From the NCBI GenBank assembly GCA_013239625.1, contig MU053881.1, positions 310,001 to 374,000 on the forward strand: DNA of 64,000 bases, given 5' to 3'. The notes below the pieces were generated by a model that was given only the letters and a program-made list of their open reading frames with translations, ran no database searches and was not told the DNA's origin. Origin of the DNA: Lama guanicoe (taxonomy: Eukaryota). Every line of letters starts with the position of its first letter. The stretch's first letter is position 1. A program made the position numbers and the translations under genes. Shown piece after piece: positions 27,779 to 39,829 of this stretch.

Positions 27779-29014
27779 CAGATGGGAGGGATCACCCTGT
27801 ACCCCTTTTAATCAGCATTTCTCAAAGTATGCCCCATCTTTTGCCTGCATTAGCATCACCTGGGGCTCTTGTTACGAACACAGCGTGTGGGCCACCCAGA
27901 CCCCCAAACCTGAGTCTTGGTGGGGTCCTGGGGTGCTGCCTCTCCTCAGGCGCCCCAGGGGGTTCCTACGCACGGTGAGATCTGGCCGCCTGGATAAGTG
28001 GGGCAGGGGCCGAGCGCACTCGGGGGGGAGAGGAGGTCGATGCCACCAGACCTCGCAGGAGCCTGGCGGGCCCATCATGCCACAGCTGTCCCCTGGGCCT
28101 GGGCTGTGAGGACCCTCAGGAGGTCTTTTTCCAGCCTGCAGATTTAGGCTCTGCTGGACGCTGCCCCCGGGCCCAGGCTCCTCTGAACCCCTGCCTCTCC
28201 TTAGGGCCACACTGGGCTCCTCGTGCCACTGAACCAGCAGGCAGTGGAAGGAGTGGGCCAGGGTGGCCACCCCCAGGTTTGCCACCTGCGAGCACGGGGG
28301 CTCCAGGAGGGGTGGCAAAGGAGGGGTGACCTGAGGGAGTGTGAGCGTCCCAAGCGGGGGACTGGCAGGCACGTTTTGCCCTCTGAGCCGCCATCTCAGC
28401 CCCCTGCGTTCAGCACAGCTGGGTGGACGGCTCTGGGCGCGTGCCGGAGTGGCCCACCCCAAGCTCAGGCTTTTCTGTCTCAGGGCTTCTGCCTGAGATG
28501 TGGAAGCGCACTCAGCCTGCAGATAGGCGCAGCCCGGAAGTGCAGGGGACGTGGGTAAATCTCCAGCCAGCAGGGGAGCACTGACACGCGCCCTGTGCAG
28601 CTCCGTAAACGTCTAGGCTTTCGTTAGCCTTGACGGTCACCATCCGAATGGCGCGCCCTTGGTGGGCGGTCCCCCTTGCCTATTGCACCCTCCCTGCTTC
28701 TCCTCGGCCCCCTGGGGCCCCATCCCGCAAAAACCACCTGCACCTCATCTCAGGCTCTGCTCCCAGGGGCCCCGTCTGTAATGCCTGCCTTTGTCCTCAG
28801 GCCAGCCCAGCCTGCAGCTTTCTGATGTGGGACCAGGCCCCCACTCACCTCCCACACACATGCACCGCACATCCCGTGCACGCTCATGCCACACCAACTC
28901 ACATGTTACACACGCACAAGCACACGCCTGCACTCACTGTCTCTCCTCCCCGACCCCTGCCCAGACTCAGTGGGCAGTCAGGGCCCTGGTCTATAAATAG
29001 CCATTGAATGTGGC

Positions 29015-29345
29015 TGTTCATTCAGGCTGCTGTCCAGTTACCCCAGACCAGGGGGCTGCTGATTCTCAGGAGCTTCTCTCCCACAGTTCTGGGGGCTGGG
29101 AGTCCGGGGTCCGGGCGCCAGCAGCACCAGGCTCCGGGGAGAGCCCTCCTCCAGGTCGCAGATGGCCGCCTTCCACTGTGTCCTTGCCTTGCAGAAGGGG
29201 GAGGGGAGCTCTCTGGGGTCCCTTTTATAAGGGCGCTAATCTCAGTCATGAGGGCTCCACCCTCATGGCCCGTTCACACCCCCCGTCCCGAAGGCCCCAC
29301 ACCTCCTGGTAATATCAGCTTGGGGCTTGGGAGCTCAACATATGA
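29015..29345 (-). mobile_element. MLT1A-like LTR
   Basis: 'ttcaggctgctg...cacagttctgggggctgggagtcc...ctctctggggtcccttttataagggcgctaatc...atgagggctccaccctcatg'. Confidence 0.75.
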
Positions 29346-29590
29346 TTTTTTTTTAATTGAGGTATAGTTGATTTATAATACTAGTTTCATGTATACAGCA
29401 TAGTGATTCAAAATTCTTATAGATTATACCCATTATTATAAAGAGTTGGCTTTGTTCTCTGTGCTACACAATATCTCCTTATTTATTTTATACACAGTAG
29501 ATTTTTTACTGAAGTATAAATGATATACAATATTGTATAAGTCACAGGTGTGCAATAGAGTGACTCACAGTCAACACACACATTTCAGTG
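29346..29590 (-). mobile_element. Short L1 3'-end fragments
   Basis: Poly-T + 'aattgaggtatagttgatttataata...tatacagcatagtgattca', and a second 'actgaagtataaatgatatacaatattg'. Confidence 0.65.
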
Positions 29591-30534
29591 GGACACGCTC
29601 TGTCCATCCGTAGCAGTGACCCCATCGGTGACTGGCCACGTGACGACTCTCTCCTGGAGCCTCACCCTCTCCTGGGGACAGTAAGTTTGGAGAGTTTTCA
29701 CCAGACGCGAGAATGGCTGAGTTATGGGTTGCACCCACAAAATGCACGGGCCAAAGGCCGAAGTTCTTCCCTTACTGTTCTCTGATTTTACTGGGGACAC
29801 TGCTTGGCAGCGCACGTGGTGTCAGCCTCACTCCTGGGTCACCTGCTCCAGCTGGGCTGAGAGTCGGGGCAGACATGCCACAGGGGCCTCACACTCCGGC
29901 CACTGTCTGAGTGTCTACAGCAGCTAGGCCCCAGGAGCTCCTTCCTTCACCTAGGAGAGCCCACACCAGACTGTACCCACAAGTCCAGCCATCTCCAAAT
30001 GCCCCCAAATATCCCCTTTGCCCCACAGTCTCAGCAAAGTCCCCCATCCATCCTGGCCGGGCCCGCGCTGCCCCTCGCCCCTCACACGTTCTCCTCGTCC
30101 TCCCATCCCCAGTGCTGTATCTTCTCCCTTGGCCCCTGCCCCTGCCCAGGCTCTGTGCTTTCCAGACATCCCCTGCCTGCTGCCCTCCCTCATGTGCACC
30201 TTCCGTGCAGCAGCTCCAGGGTGGCCTCCTCAGTGGACGAGGACTCCAGCCCTGCCATCCCAGTGCTGGGCTGTTGGAGCAAACTCAGTTGCTCCCAGAG
30301 TCATGTGGGTGGGAGGTGCCATCAGGGCCATGAGCAACCAAGGCAGGGGCTGGAGGCGCTGGGAAAGGCCACGTGGGTGTCACAAGCAGTCTATCTGCCG
30401 GGGGTGCCACTGACAGAGCTGAGGCAGAGCCTGGCCCTGGCCCACCCCTAAAGGACAGAGCCCCAGCACCTCACCCTCGCAGCCCTGGCCCCTTCCACCT
30501 GGGCTTCTGCACTTTTCCCCACCCTCTCCTCCTC

Positions 30535-30930
30535 TCTAGGCACACCGGTTTCCTTTCTCACAACATGTGATGTGCCTTGCTGGCCACAGGGCCTTTGCTC
30601 CTGCTATCCTCTCTGTCCAGGACAGTCTTCCCACAGACCTGGTGGAGCTGGCTTCTCATTGGGGTCTCAGCCCAAACCCCATGTGTCCAGAAGGGCCTTT
30701 CCTGAGTCCTCCCATCCAAAGTAGCCCCAACATACTCAGCCACCTCACCCTGTTTTGGTGACTTTATGGCACGTAGCATTCTCTGAAATGATACTTTTTT
30801 TTTATTACTCTTCTGTTTGTGTAATTAGTTTTCAGTCTCCCCTCTCTCAGCTGTGGGCTCTGAGGTGGCAAGAACCCCGCACCCTGCTCACCATGATATC
30901 CTAGCCCCCAGCATGGCGCATGGCACACCT
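30535..30930 (+). mobile_element. L2 3' end fragment
   Basis: 'cacagggcctttgctcctgctatcctctctgtccaggacagtcttccc...cccagcatggcgcatggcacac'. Confidence 0.6.
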
Positions 30931-33029
30931 AGGCCCTCAGGAACTATCCCCCAGAGGCGTGTCTCAGGGCAGGGCTGGGGCAGAGCAGGCGGAACAAGAC
31001 CTCACCCTCTGTCCCAACACAGCACACTCTGGGGATGTGTCCCTGGCTGTGTCCTAGAGTGGGGAGGTGGGATGGGGCAGGGCAGGCTGAGGAGACCTGA
31101 TGGACGCGGCTAGGCTGGGGAGAGGGCTGGGGAAATGTGGTGCCTTCACAGGGCCAGACCTCTCCCAGGGTCCACCCATGGCACCTGCAGCCAGTGTCAC
31201 CCAAGCTGGTGACGGTTCAGAGCAGAACTCCCTGCTGGCCTCAAGGCTCGGCCCAAGAAGCTGTAGGGTGGTGCTGACTACAGCACGTGCTGTCCCCTCG
31301 ACACAGACCTGACCTCCCGGGCAGCAGGAGAGGGTACAGGGGACCTCAGGAGATACAGCCTTCTTCCCTGTCTCAGGCATAGCCCTGCCCCACGCAACCA
31401 CTTGGGACAGGTGCTGTGGCCACAAGCAAGTCCAGCCTCGGGTTTCAGTTGCTCCGCCAAACACTGCCCCCTGCTGCACCCAGCGTGGCAGTAGTGCCTC
31501 AGTGGTCCCCAGGCCCTTGCCCACAGAGGCGGTGGTGGGAGAGAGGCTGGCCCTGCTCCTCTGAGCTACACAGAGCTAGCGGGCTCTGCAGTGCTGCTGG
31601 GTCCCGGCGTGTCACAGTGAGTGGGCCAGAGCGCCCCAGTCCTCTCCTGCAGCCCTCTCTCCCCAGAGCCCCAGCATGCCTCTGGGGGGTGCACCAGGCC
31701 TGTCCTGAGGGCTGGGAGCACAGGCTGAGCATCGGAGAAGGTGTGCTGGCCTCAGGACTGGCCACAGCACCTAAGACCAGAGGCAGATCTGTGTGCAGGT
31801 GGGGGGCAAGCCTCCCCCCTCCTGCCTCTGTTTCCCCTTCCCCTTCAACACAACCTGGCCCTTGGCCCTTGGTCTCAGGCATCACCCTCCCTGGGACCAG
31901 CCTCTGGCCCTGGCCTTTTCCCCGGGCTCTGCTGCCTCCCTGCCCAGCCCGTTCAACCCACTGGCCCTAATACATCTACGCCCCCTAGGTAGATATATGC
32001 CTGCTGTCTCCAGGCCTCAGTTTCCCCAAATGTGCAAGACACATGCTGGACTGTGCTGTTTTTATCTGACCGGTCATCTGGAAACAGCACCAGGGCGTGC
32101 TGGCGCAGGGCCCTCCTCCACCCGCAGGGTTAGCACCACGGCCAACGTCACCCCGGCTCCCGGGAGGTGACGCCTAGGCCTGTATTCCTCATCCTCCTGG
32201 TCTGTGGAAGCGGCCGGAGCCGGGCTCCTTGGAGCCTGTGCGGCAGCTCTGGGCTCCCTCAGAACCATCAGGAAGATATGCTCTTTCTGGGGGTGTCAGC
32301 CCAGGGCTGCTGGGGGCCATCCTGCCATGGAGGGTCTGGCAGACGGAGAGGCGGATTCCTACTTGTAACGTCTGAGCTCCTGGGTCTGACTATTCCTGCA
32401 AGCAGAGACCTTGGCTTTAAAGCTTTATGAGCCAGTGTATTATTTGCTTAAACTGGTTGGGTTGAGTCACCTGCCACATCCCATCAGTCAGGCCCTGACT
32501 GGAGCAGAGAACAGACGTCCTGACCTCTACGCTGAGACAAACCATGAAACTTCCAGTGTCCCGGTGGAGCCGGCTGAGGAAGGTCAGCCCATCGTGTCCA
32601 GGCCCCTGCCTCATGCTGAAAGTGACACAGCGCACCATCACCCTAGCACTCAGTGTCCTCACAGTGGTGACCCGCCCAGCCGCCCTCCCCTCCAGGGGCG
32701 GTTTAGAGCAGTCTTCCCGCCCGGTCACACCCACCCTGTGCCCACCAGCCAGGGACACACGCAGCCAAACCACTGCAGTTCAGTGGCCATCGCAGAAGCA
32801 AGGGGGCCCAGAGGAGTGGCCAGGGCCCAGGCTTGAGGAAAGGGAGTGAACCAGGCGTTAGGGTGCCAGGGGCTTTCAGGTGAGGGAGTCGGGGGGACAT
32901 TCTGCGTGCAGAGTCCGGCAGTAGCCATGCTCTGAGGGGCTGGCATCAGCTGGCGCTTGTAATGGGTCCCCCTCCACGGAGGTGGGAAGTGAGCCACAGC
33001 GGAGGCCCTGAATGCAGGGCTGGACGTCT

Positions 33030-33850
33030 GGCCTTAACACTGAGGCCCGCTGAGCAGAGACGTCGCGGGTATCGGAGGCCGCCGAGGGCGTGGGTAGGGG
33101 GCCCGTGAGGCAGGGGCTCCCGCAGCTCCACCCGCGCCCCGCCCGCCCGCGCCGCGCTTCCCCGTGTGGGCGCAAGGGGGCGCCGCGCCGCGCAGCTCCG
33201 GGGTCGGCCGCCAGCGCACGGCGGGCNNNNNNNNNNNNNNNNNNNNNNNNNNNNNNNNNNNNNNNNNNNNNNNNNNNNNNNNNNNNNNNNNNNNNNNNNN
33301 NNNNNNNNNNNNNNNNNNNNNNNNNNNNNNNNNNNNNNNNNNNNNNNNNNNNNNNNNNNNNNNNNNNNNNNNNNNNNNNNNNNNNNNNNNNNNNNNNNNN
33401 NNNNNNNNNNNNNNNNNNNNNNNNNNNNNNNNNNNNNNNNNNNNNNNNNNNNNNNNNNNNNNNNNNNNNNNNNNNNNNNNNNNNNNNNNNNNNNNNNNNN
33501 NNNNNNNNNNNNNNNNNNNNNNNNNNNNNNNNNNNNNNNNNNNNNNNNNNNNNNNNNNNNNNNNNNNNNNNNNNNNNNNNNNNNNNNNNNNNNNNNNNNN
33601 NNNNNNNNNNNNNNNNNNNNNNNNNNNNNNNNNNNNNNNNNNNNNNNNNNNNNNNNNNNNNNNGAGGCGCGCGGGGGCGGGCGCCGGGCGGTGGCCGGGA
33701 GGGGACCGGCGGAGGGCACACCCCCGGCCGCCGTTGCGGGAGACCGGCTCCGGCGCGCGCGCCCCGCCGCCCCACTCCGCACGACGAGCAAGCTTCTTCA
33801 GCCGCTCGGGGGGGCAGGAGAAGCCAGCCCGGACCCAAGGCCTCCTCCGC
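33030..33850 (+). promoter_or_regulatory. CpG island, likely promoter/non-coding exon 1 of the downstream gene (probably RASGEF1C)
   Basis: Very dense CpG/GC boxes on both sides of gap; gene identity and strand only from recalled human synteny (RASGEF1C follows MAPK9 on same strand). Confidence 0.7.
33227..33663. other. Assembly gap (437 N)
   Basis: Run of N. Confidence 1.
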
Positions 33851-35769
33851 ACTAGACCTCAGTTTCCTGGTCTGTGAAATGGGAACAGCGAGCCTGCCCT
33901 CCCAGTGCTTGTGAAGAAGGGAAAGGGCTTTGTCCGTGGGGAAAGAGGGTGTCGTCATCTCTTAAGCTGCGATGGAACTGAGGAAAGGCGCGATGCTGCC
34001 ATCAGAGCGCCTGCAGGGACCGTGGGGGTCAGCTCCAGGTTCTGCGTGTGTCCCTCACTCAGTGACGGTGGGCAGGGTCCGGGGACCCGTAGTCCACTCC
34101 TCTCTGTGCTCAGGTGGGGAAAGGGAGGCCAGGAGGGGAGGAGGCGAGGCGGTGCCCCCCACCCTGCCCCATGCTCAGCGTGGGGAGCAGTGTGGAAAAG
34201 ACAGAGGAGGCAGCCTAGGGTGGTGGAGGGTCTCGTCCCAGCCCCCTCCCTCCTACCTCCTGGGCCTCTGAGGCAGATGTGCTGCTCTGACTCAAGAGCC
34301 AGAGAAGTGCCCTGGGAAGACTCACCTGTGTGGCAGGTGCCGTGTCTCCATCTTAAGCTGAGGCTTGGGTGACAGGACTTGTTCAAGGTCTCAGGACTAC
34401 GAAGTGGCACAGCTAGGATTTCAGCCATGGTAGGACAGGTTCCAAAAGCCAGATTCCAGCCACTGTGCCAGGTAACAGGGGCGGCCTGGGGTTGTCTGCT
34501 CACTCACCTGGAGCATCCACTGATGGCTGCTGTCTGCTCCTGGCCCCAGTGAGTGCTTACAGGCAGGTGTGGGAGGGGGAAGCTGAACAGGTAATCAAAG
34601 GAAAAGCCAAGGTCAGGCTAGAAGATAAGTGCCAGGAAGAAAACAAAACAGGGTGATTAGATTGGAGACTCGGGACTGAGGGGAGCCTTGGCCCGGTCAG
34701 AGAGGGTGTCTCTGAGCAGTGACCACTGGCTGTGATGTGTGATGTGTGTGTGATGCCCACAAAAAAATCAGGAGGGAGCAGCAGGTGCAAGGCCCCTGAG
34801 GCAGGCACAGGTGGTGGATGGGAGGGGCTGGAGCAGAGCCAGTTAGGGGAAGCTGGGGGCTTGGGTTTTCCTCTTGGTGCAGTTGACAGTCCCCGGAGTG
34901 TTTAGAGTTTAAGTATTGAAAGGGATGCCCCTGAGGGGGGTGTGGAGAGACTGCAGAGGGCAGGAGAGGCAGCAGGGAGGAAGCTGCTGGAGTCCACCAG
35001 GGACTTTCAAGGATGAGCCAATGGTCAGACGTGGAGGCTGCCATCCTGGTGGGGCCAGGGGCATGAGAAGGGCGGGGTCTTCTGCAGGTGTGGGGTTTGT
35101 TAGCTTTGATGGACAGGGGAGCCTGGTTTGGTCTCAAGCACCGCCCCACTCCTGCATCCTCCTGGGTGCCGCACTGCCGCTCTTAGACATCCCTGTGTCC
35201 AGCTCGGGAAGGGGCACATGCCCTGAGTTTGCAGAGGTGAGACGCTTGGTGTTCAGGTTGGTCTCTGTGATCTCTGACATGTTCCTGTAAGTCTCTGAGC
35301 ATTATTCCAGCTCTCACTTGTACTGTGACCCAGACCTAGAGCCAACCACTTCTCCAGGAAGCCTCGGTGACTCAGTGGGGTGCAGGGGAGGGGGGTTTAG
35401 AAACCAGTATCTGAGTATATTAGATGCGCTCATTGCTACCTGGACATCATTGGCTCCAGGCCTCCTCAGTGGACTGAGCCAAAACTCTTTTTTTTTGTTT
35501 TTAACTAAAAGTTAGGATTTCCGTCTCCTTTCTCCCACGGTAAGAACCTGGTTTCCCAAAACATCAATGTATGTAATAATTTGCTTAATCCTAGAATACA
35601 CCCAAAACAGTTTCAGGATCACTGCATCCAAATCACTACCAACCGAAACCCACCAGGTCGTGCTCAGGGTTTCTCTGGCTGGGTCCTCAGCAGTATGGGA
35701 GAACGTCGTCTACTCGACGCACTGTTAGCTTCATCCATTTCTGTTTGCACACAGTTTGATTTTTTCTTT

Positions 35770-38130
35770 TTAGCCTTTATGATATAATTTTATTTTTTGA
35801 ACATGTAAAACATTGGTTTCACATGGTTCAAAGGTCAAAACTAAAAGAAAAAACAAAAACAGCTATACTCAGAAGTCTCAGTCCCACCCCTGGCTCTTCC
35901 TCTGTGTTCCCGCCCCATGGGTAACCATTTGAAATCATCTCTGGTTTATCCTCCCCGGGTCTCTTTTGCAAAACAAGCTATTTATGCATCATCGCAAAAG
36001 TTAGCATGTACGTCTCCTTTGTCCTTTGCTTTTTTCAGTTAAAAATAATCTCCTTACCAGTTCATAGACATTTTCCTCACCCTTTTGTGCCGCCACATAA
36101 TACTCCAGTCTGCAGCTCTGCTGTCCTTATTCAGTTGTGTCTAAAGGACGGACGTTTGGTTATTTTCCAGGCCTCTATTATTAAAAATAATGGAGTGATG
36201 GATAACTTAGCGCATAGGTTGCTTGCATTTGTGAAGGCGTATCTTTAATGCCAAGAAGGACGAGTAAATAAGTATTTATTTTGTTAACTGTTCCCAAACT
36301 CCCCTCCCCAGATTCTGCTCCCCTACCAGCAACGTATGACAGTGTCTGTGGCCCCTGCAGCCTCGTGAATCTGAGAACCAGGAAGTAGTATTTCAATGCA
36401 TTTTAATTCACATTTCTATTATTTTGAGTGAAATTAGACTTTTCATATGTTTGTGAGTCATTTGATTCTCTTCTGCGAATTGCCTGTCCATATATTTTGT
36501 CCGTTTCCTATTGGTTTTGAGGGGATTTTTTTCCCCTTGAGTTTGAAAGTTTGTTGAAAGTACATGTTAAGGATACTCGTGCTTTATCTCTGTCATATTG
36601 CACATGTGTCTCCCAGGTGTATCAGGGTTTTTTACTTTGTTTGTGGTGGGTTTTGCCATTAAAAGCTTTCTATTTTTAGACAGTTAATTTAATTGCTCTT
36701 TTCATTTATTGCCTCTAGACTTTGAATCCTTGAGGCTTTTCTCACACCCAGCTGTGGTGGAATTCACCCATGTCTTCTAATCCTTGTTTGGTTTTGTACT
36801 TAGTTTATGGATCCAATTTAGTCTTTTCCCAAATGTCTGTCTCTTTACCCCAACAGTGTATTTAAAAGGCCATCTTGGGTGGGGAGGGTGTAGCTCAGTG
36901 GTAGAGCGCATGCTCGGCATGCCCAAGGTCCTGGGTTCCATCCCCAGGACCTCCATTAAAAATAAAAAATAGAAGGCCATCTTCTCTCCAGTGACCTGAA
37001 ATGACCTGTATCTTATGGAACACCCAGATGCAGCTGGACCTGCTTCTGGGCTGTCTCTTCGCGTGCTGGTCTTACATGGTGGGAATTATGGCAGCATCGT
37101 GTGTGTGTGTGTGTATGTATGGCAAGGAAGACTGTATCCACACCTGCTGCAACAGAGGCGAGAGGTTGAACTCAACCCCCTTTGTTGTGTTTTGGTGTCT
37201 GGGAGGGCTGATCCTCCACTGCTTTTGATTTCAGCGGTTTCCTCGCCATTCCAGCACGTTCCTGGTATCTTTTGTTAGGATCAGATTAAATTTGTACAAC
37301 TTCAGGATAATGAATGTTTTTATGAAGTTGAGTCATCTTATTCAAAACCAAGGCGTGTCTTCTTTGTGTTCAAGACTAATCTTTTATTTGGTCAAGACCA
37401 CTTTTGGGGAGCATTTCGAAGATTTCTTCACACTCCTTGTCAGATTTATTCATGAGTATTTTACCTTGTTTATTGCTATTGTAAGTGCTTTTTCTTCCTT
37501 TATATCTTGTAACTGGTTATTATCTGTGTGTATGCTGTTTTCTATCTACCTCACTAAAGTTATTTTATTCGTTTTATCATGAATTCTTTTAGATAATTCA
37601 GATATCCTGCCATCTGAAAATTGAAATAGTTTTACTTCTTCTTTACTGATTTTTATGCATCAATTGCTTTCTCTTATCAAATTAAATTGGCTAAATACCT
37701 CCAACTCAGTATTAAACGCTGGACATAATGGGCATCCTTATTTTGCTCCTGACCTTAGTTAAAAGGCCTCTAAAACTTCTTACACTAAGAAAGATGCTGA
37801 CTTTAGGAGATATGTATATTATATATGTATATATATGTATGTATATACACATATAACATTTTTTAAGGAAGTGTTCATTAATTCCTGTTTTATTGGGTGG
37901 CTTTTTAAAATCAGGAATGGGTGTTGATTTTTATTGAAGGCATCTGTGGAGATAATTATGATATTTCTCCTTAGCACAGTTAATAAGATGCATTGTATTA
38001 ATCGGTGTCTGAATATCAGGTTCAAGATGAGGGTGAGGCAAACAACAATACATAAAATTTCTTAATATGAATATTAAGCCATCCTTGCATTCCTGAAATA
38101 GAAACTGCTTGGGCATGATATATTTTGATA
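35770..38130 (-). mobile_element. Old L1 (L1ME-like) antisense fragments
   Basis: T-rich antisense ORF2-like motifs e.g. 'aatcaggaatgggtgttgatttttattgaaggcatctgtggagataattatgatatttctcc', 'gccatccttgcattcctgaaata'. Confidence 0.6.
36877..36972 (+). mobile_element. Vic-1-like SINE (short tail)
   Basis: GGGGAGGGTGTAGCTCAGTGGTAGAGCGCATGC...; TSD AAGGCCATCTT at 36866-36876 and 36973-36983. Confidence 0.92.
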
Positions 38131-38144
38131 TGACTGTACTAGCT

Positions 38145-38675
38145 ACCTATTGCTCTGTTGCTGTGTAACAAGTTACCATAAACTTAGTGGCTTAAAACAG
38201 TGCCTATTTCTGTGGATTTAAAGCCCAGGCATGGCTTAGCTGGGTTCCTGCTGGTGTTGGGCAGGATTGGGTCCTCATCTAGAGGCTCAGCTAGGAATGG
38301 ATTCGCTTTTCCACTCACGTGGTTGTTAGCAGGATTCATTTCTTTGTGGTTATAGGACTGAGAGCTTAAGTGTTTGTTGGCGGGTGGCTGGAGTCTGCCC
38401 TCGGCTTCTGGGCCACGTACAGTTCCTAAGGGCCACCTGTGGTTTTTGCCACATGGGCTTCCCCAGCATGGCCTCTTTCTCCATCAGGCCAGCAAAGAGA
38501 GTCTCGAGAGTAAACGTGTGAGATGGAGTGTTATGCAAGGGAATCACGGAGTGGTGTCCCATGATCTTTGCTATATTCTGTTGTTTAGAGCAAAGTCAAA
38601 GGTTCCGTCCACACTCAAGGGCATGAACACCAGGAGACAGAGGGATCCTGGACACCCTAAAATCTGCCCACCACA
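38145..38675 (-). mobile_element. MLT1-family LTR
   Basis: 'ttgctgtgtaacaagttaccataaacttagtggcttaaaacag...ggcatggcttagctgggt...gggcatgaacaccaggag'. Confidence 0.7.
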
Positions 38676-39701
38676 ATGGTGCTGGGTTCTTTTTGCTAAT
38701 ATATATTTTTCCAGTTTCCCCAGGCATCTCTTGGTTTGATAAAGCTTAGCTTCTGATGGGCTCTGCAGGAAGGGCTCCCTGACTTCTTTCATGTTGGACT
38801 TGTTTTCTGTACCCTCAACACTTCAAGGATAGCTTGGCTGGTTATAAAATCCTGACCTACACTTTCTCTCCTTGCATCTGTTAAAATGTTGCCCTGGGTG
38901 GTGTTTCTTACATGCTGTTGACAAGAAATCTGAAATAAACATGGTTTTCTTCCCTTTGTAAGTGACCTGATCATTTTTCCTGGCACTCCAAAGGTTTTTT
39001 TTTTTTTTTTCCCCTTTACCTTCAAAGTCTAATCATTTTACTGGGAAATGTCTTGGAGTTGACCATTTGAGATCGATTTTCTCAGGTATGGGTGGGTGCT
39101 TTGAATATGCAGGTTCAAGTCTTCTTTCATTGCTAGATGCTTTTCTTGGATAATAATTTTAAGTGTTAATTATTTTGTTTTTCTTCCAATAGTATGTCTG
39201 TATACTAGATCTTCTTTTGCCTGTGTCTTGTGTCTGTCACTTTATGGTTCTTTTTACCACTGTCTTTACTTTGCTTTTGTTTTGAGGTTGTTTTCATTCA
39301 TTTCCTCAATGAGCATTATAAAATTTTCAGTCAAATCTATTCTCCCTAAGAGAGCTTTTAATTTAGTGTTCATTTCTGAGTTGATTTTGTCTTTGACTTG
39401 CTTTCCTGAGTTTGGGAAACTCTAGTCTCGTGTTTGCCTATTTTTGGTCCATTCTGCTCTGAGGTTTCAGATTTATACTTCAGGTTTTTTGTTTTGTTTG
39501 TTTTCTTTTTCAATATCTGAATGTTTTCTGAGGGCAATTCAAGTTGGGGGCGTTGCTACATTGTTCCCATGTAAATTAGTTTTTGGAGAGAATGACTCAG
39601 TTCCTTAAATTGGTTTCATATAAGTATTGTCTGTTGTCTTCTATGAACTTAGAAATGTCTTTTTTAGGTTTGCTGGGACTGGTAGTCATAAGTGAATGTA
39701 G

Positions 39702-39829
39702 TGGGGAGGGTACAGCTCAGTGGTGGAGCGCATGCCTAGCATGCACTAGGTCTTGGGTTCAGTCCCCAGTACCTCCAGTAAGAAAATAAGCAAATAAATA
39801 AACCCAATTACCTCCCCCTCGAAAGAAAA
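39702..39829 (+). mobile_element. Vic-1-like SINE (long tail)
   Basis: GGGGAGGGTACAGCTCAGTGGTGGAGCGCATGC...AATTACCTCCCC; 14-bp TSD ATAAGTGAATGTAG at 39688-39701 and 39830-39843. Confidence 0.92.

Noticed and set aside
32876..33958. Long ORFs (229-360 aa) across the CpG island
   Set aside because: Artefacts of the N run plus GC-rich, stop-poor sequence
36881..36955. tRNA-Ala gene
   Set aside because: tRNA-like A/B boxes, but A-rich tail, TSDs and several diverged copies show it is a SINE
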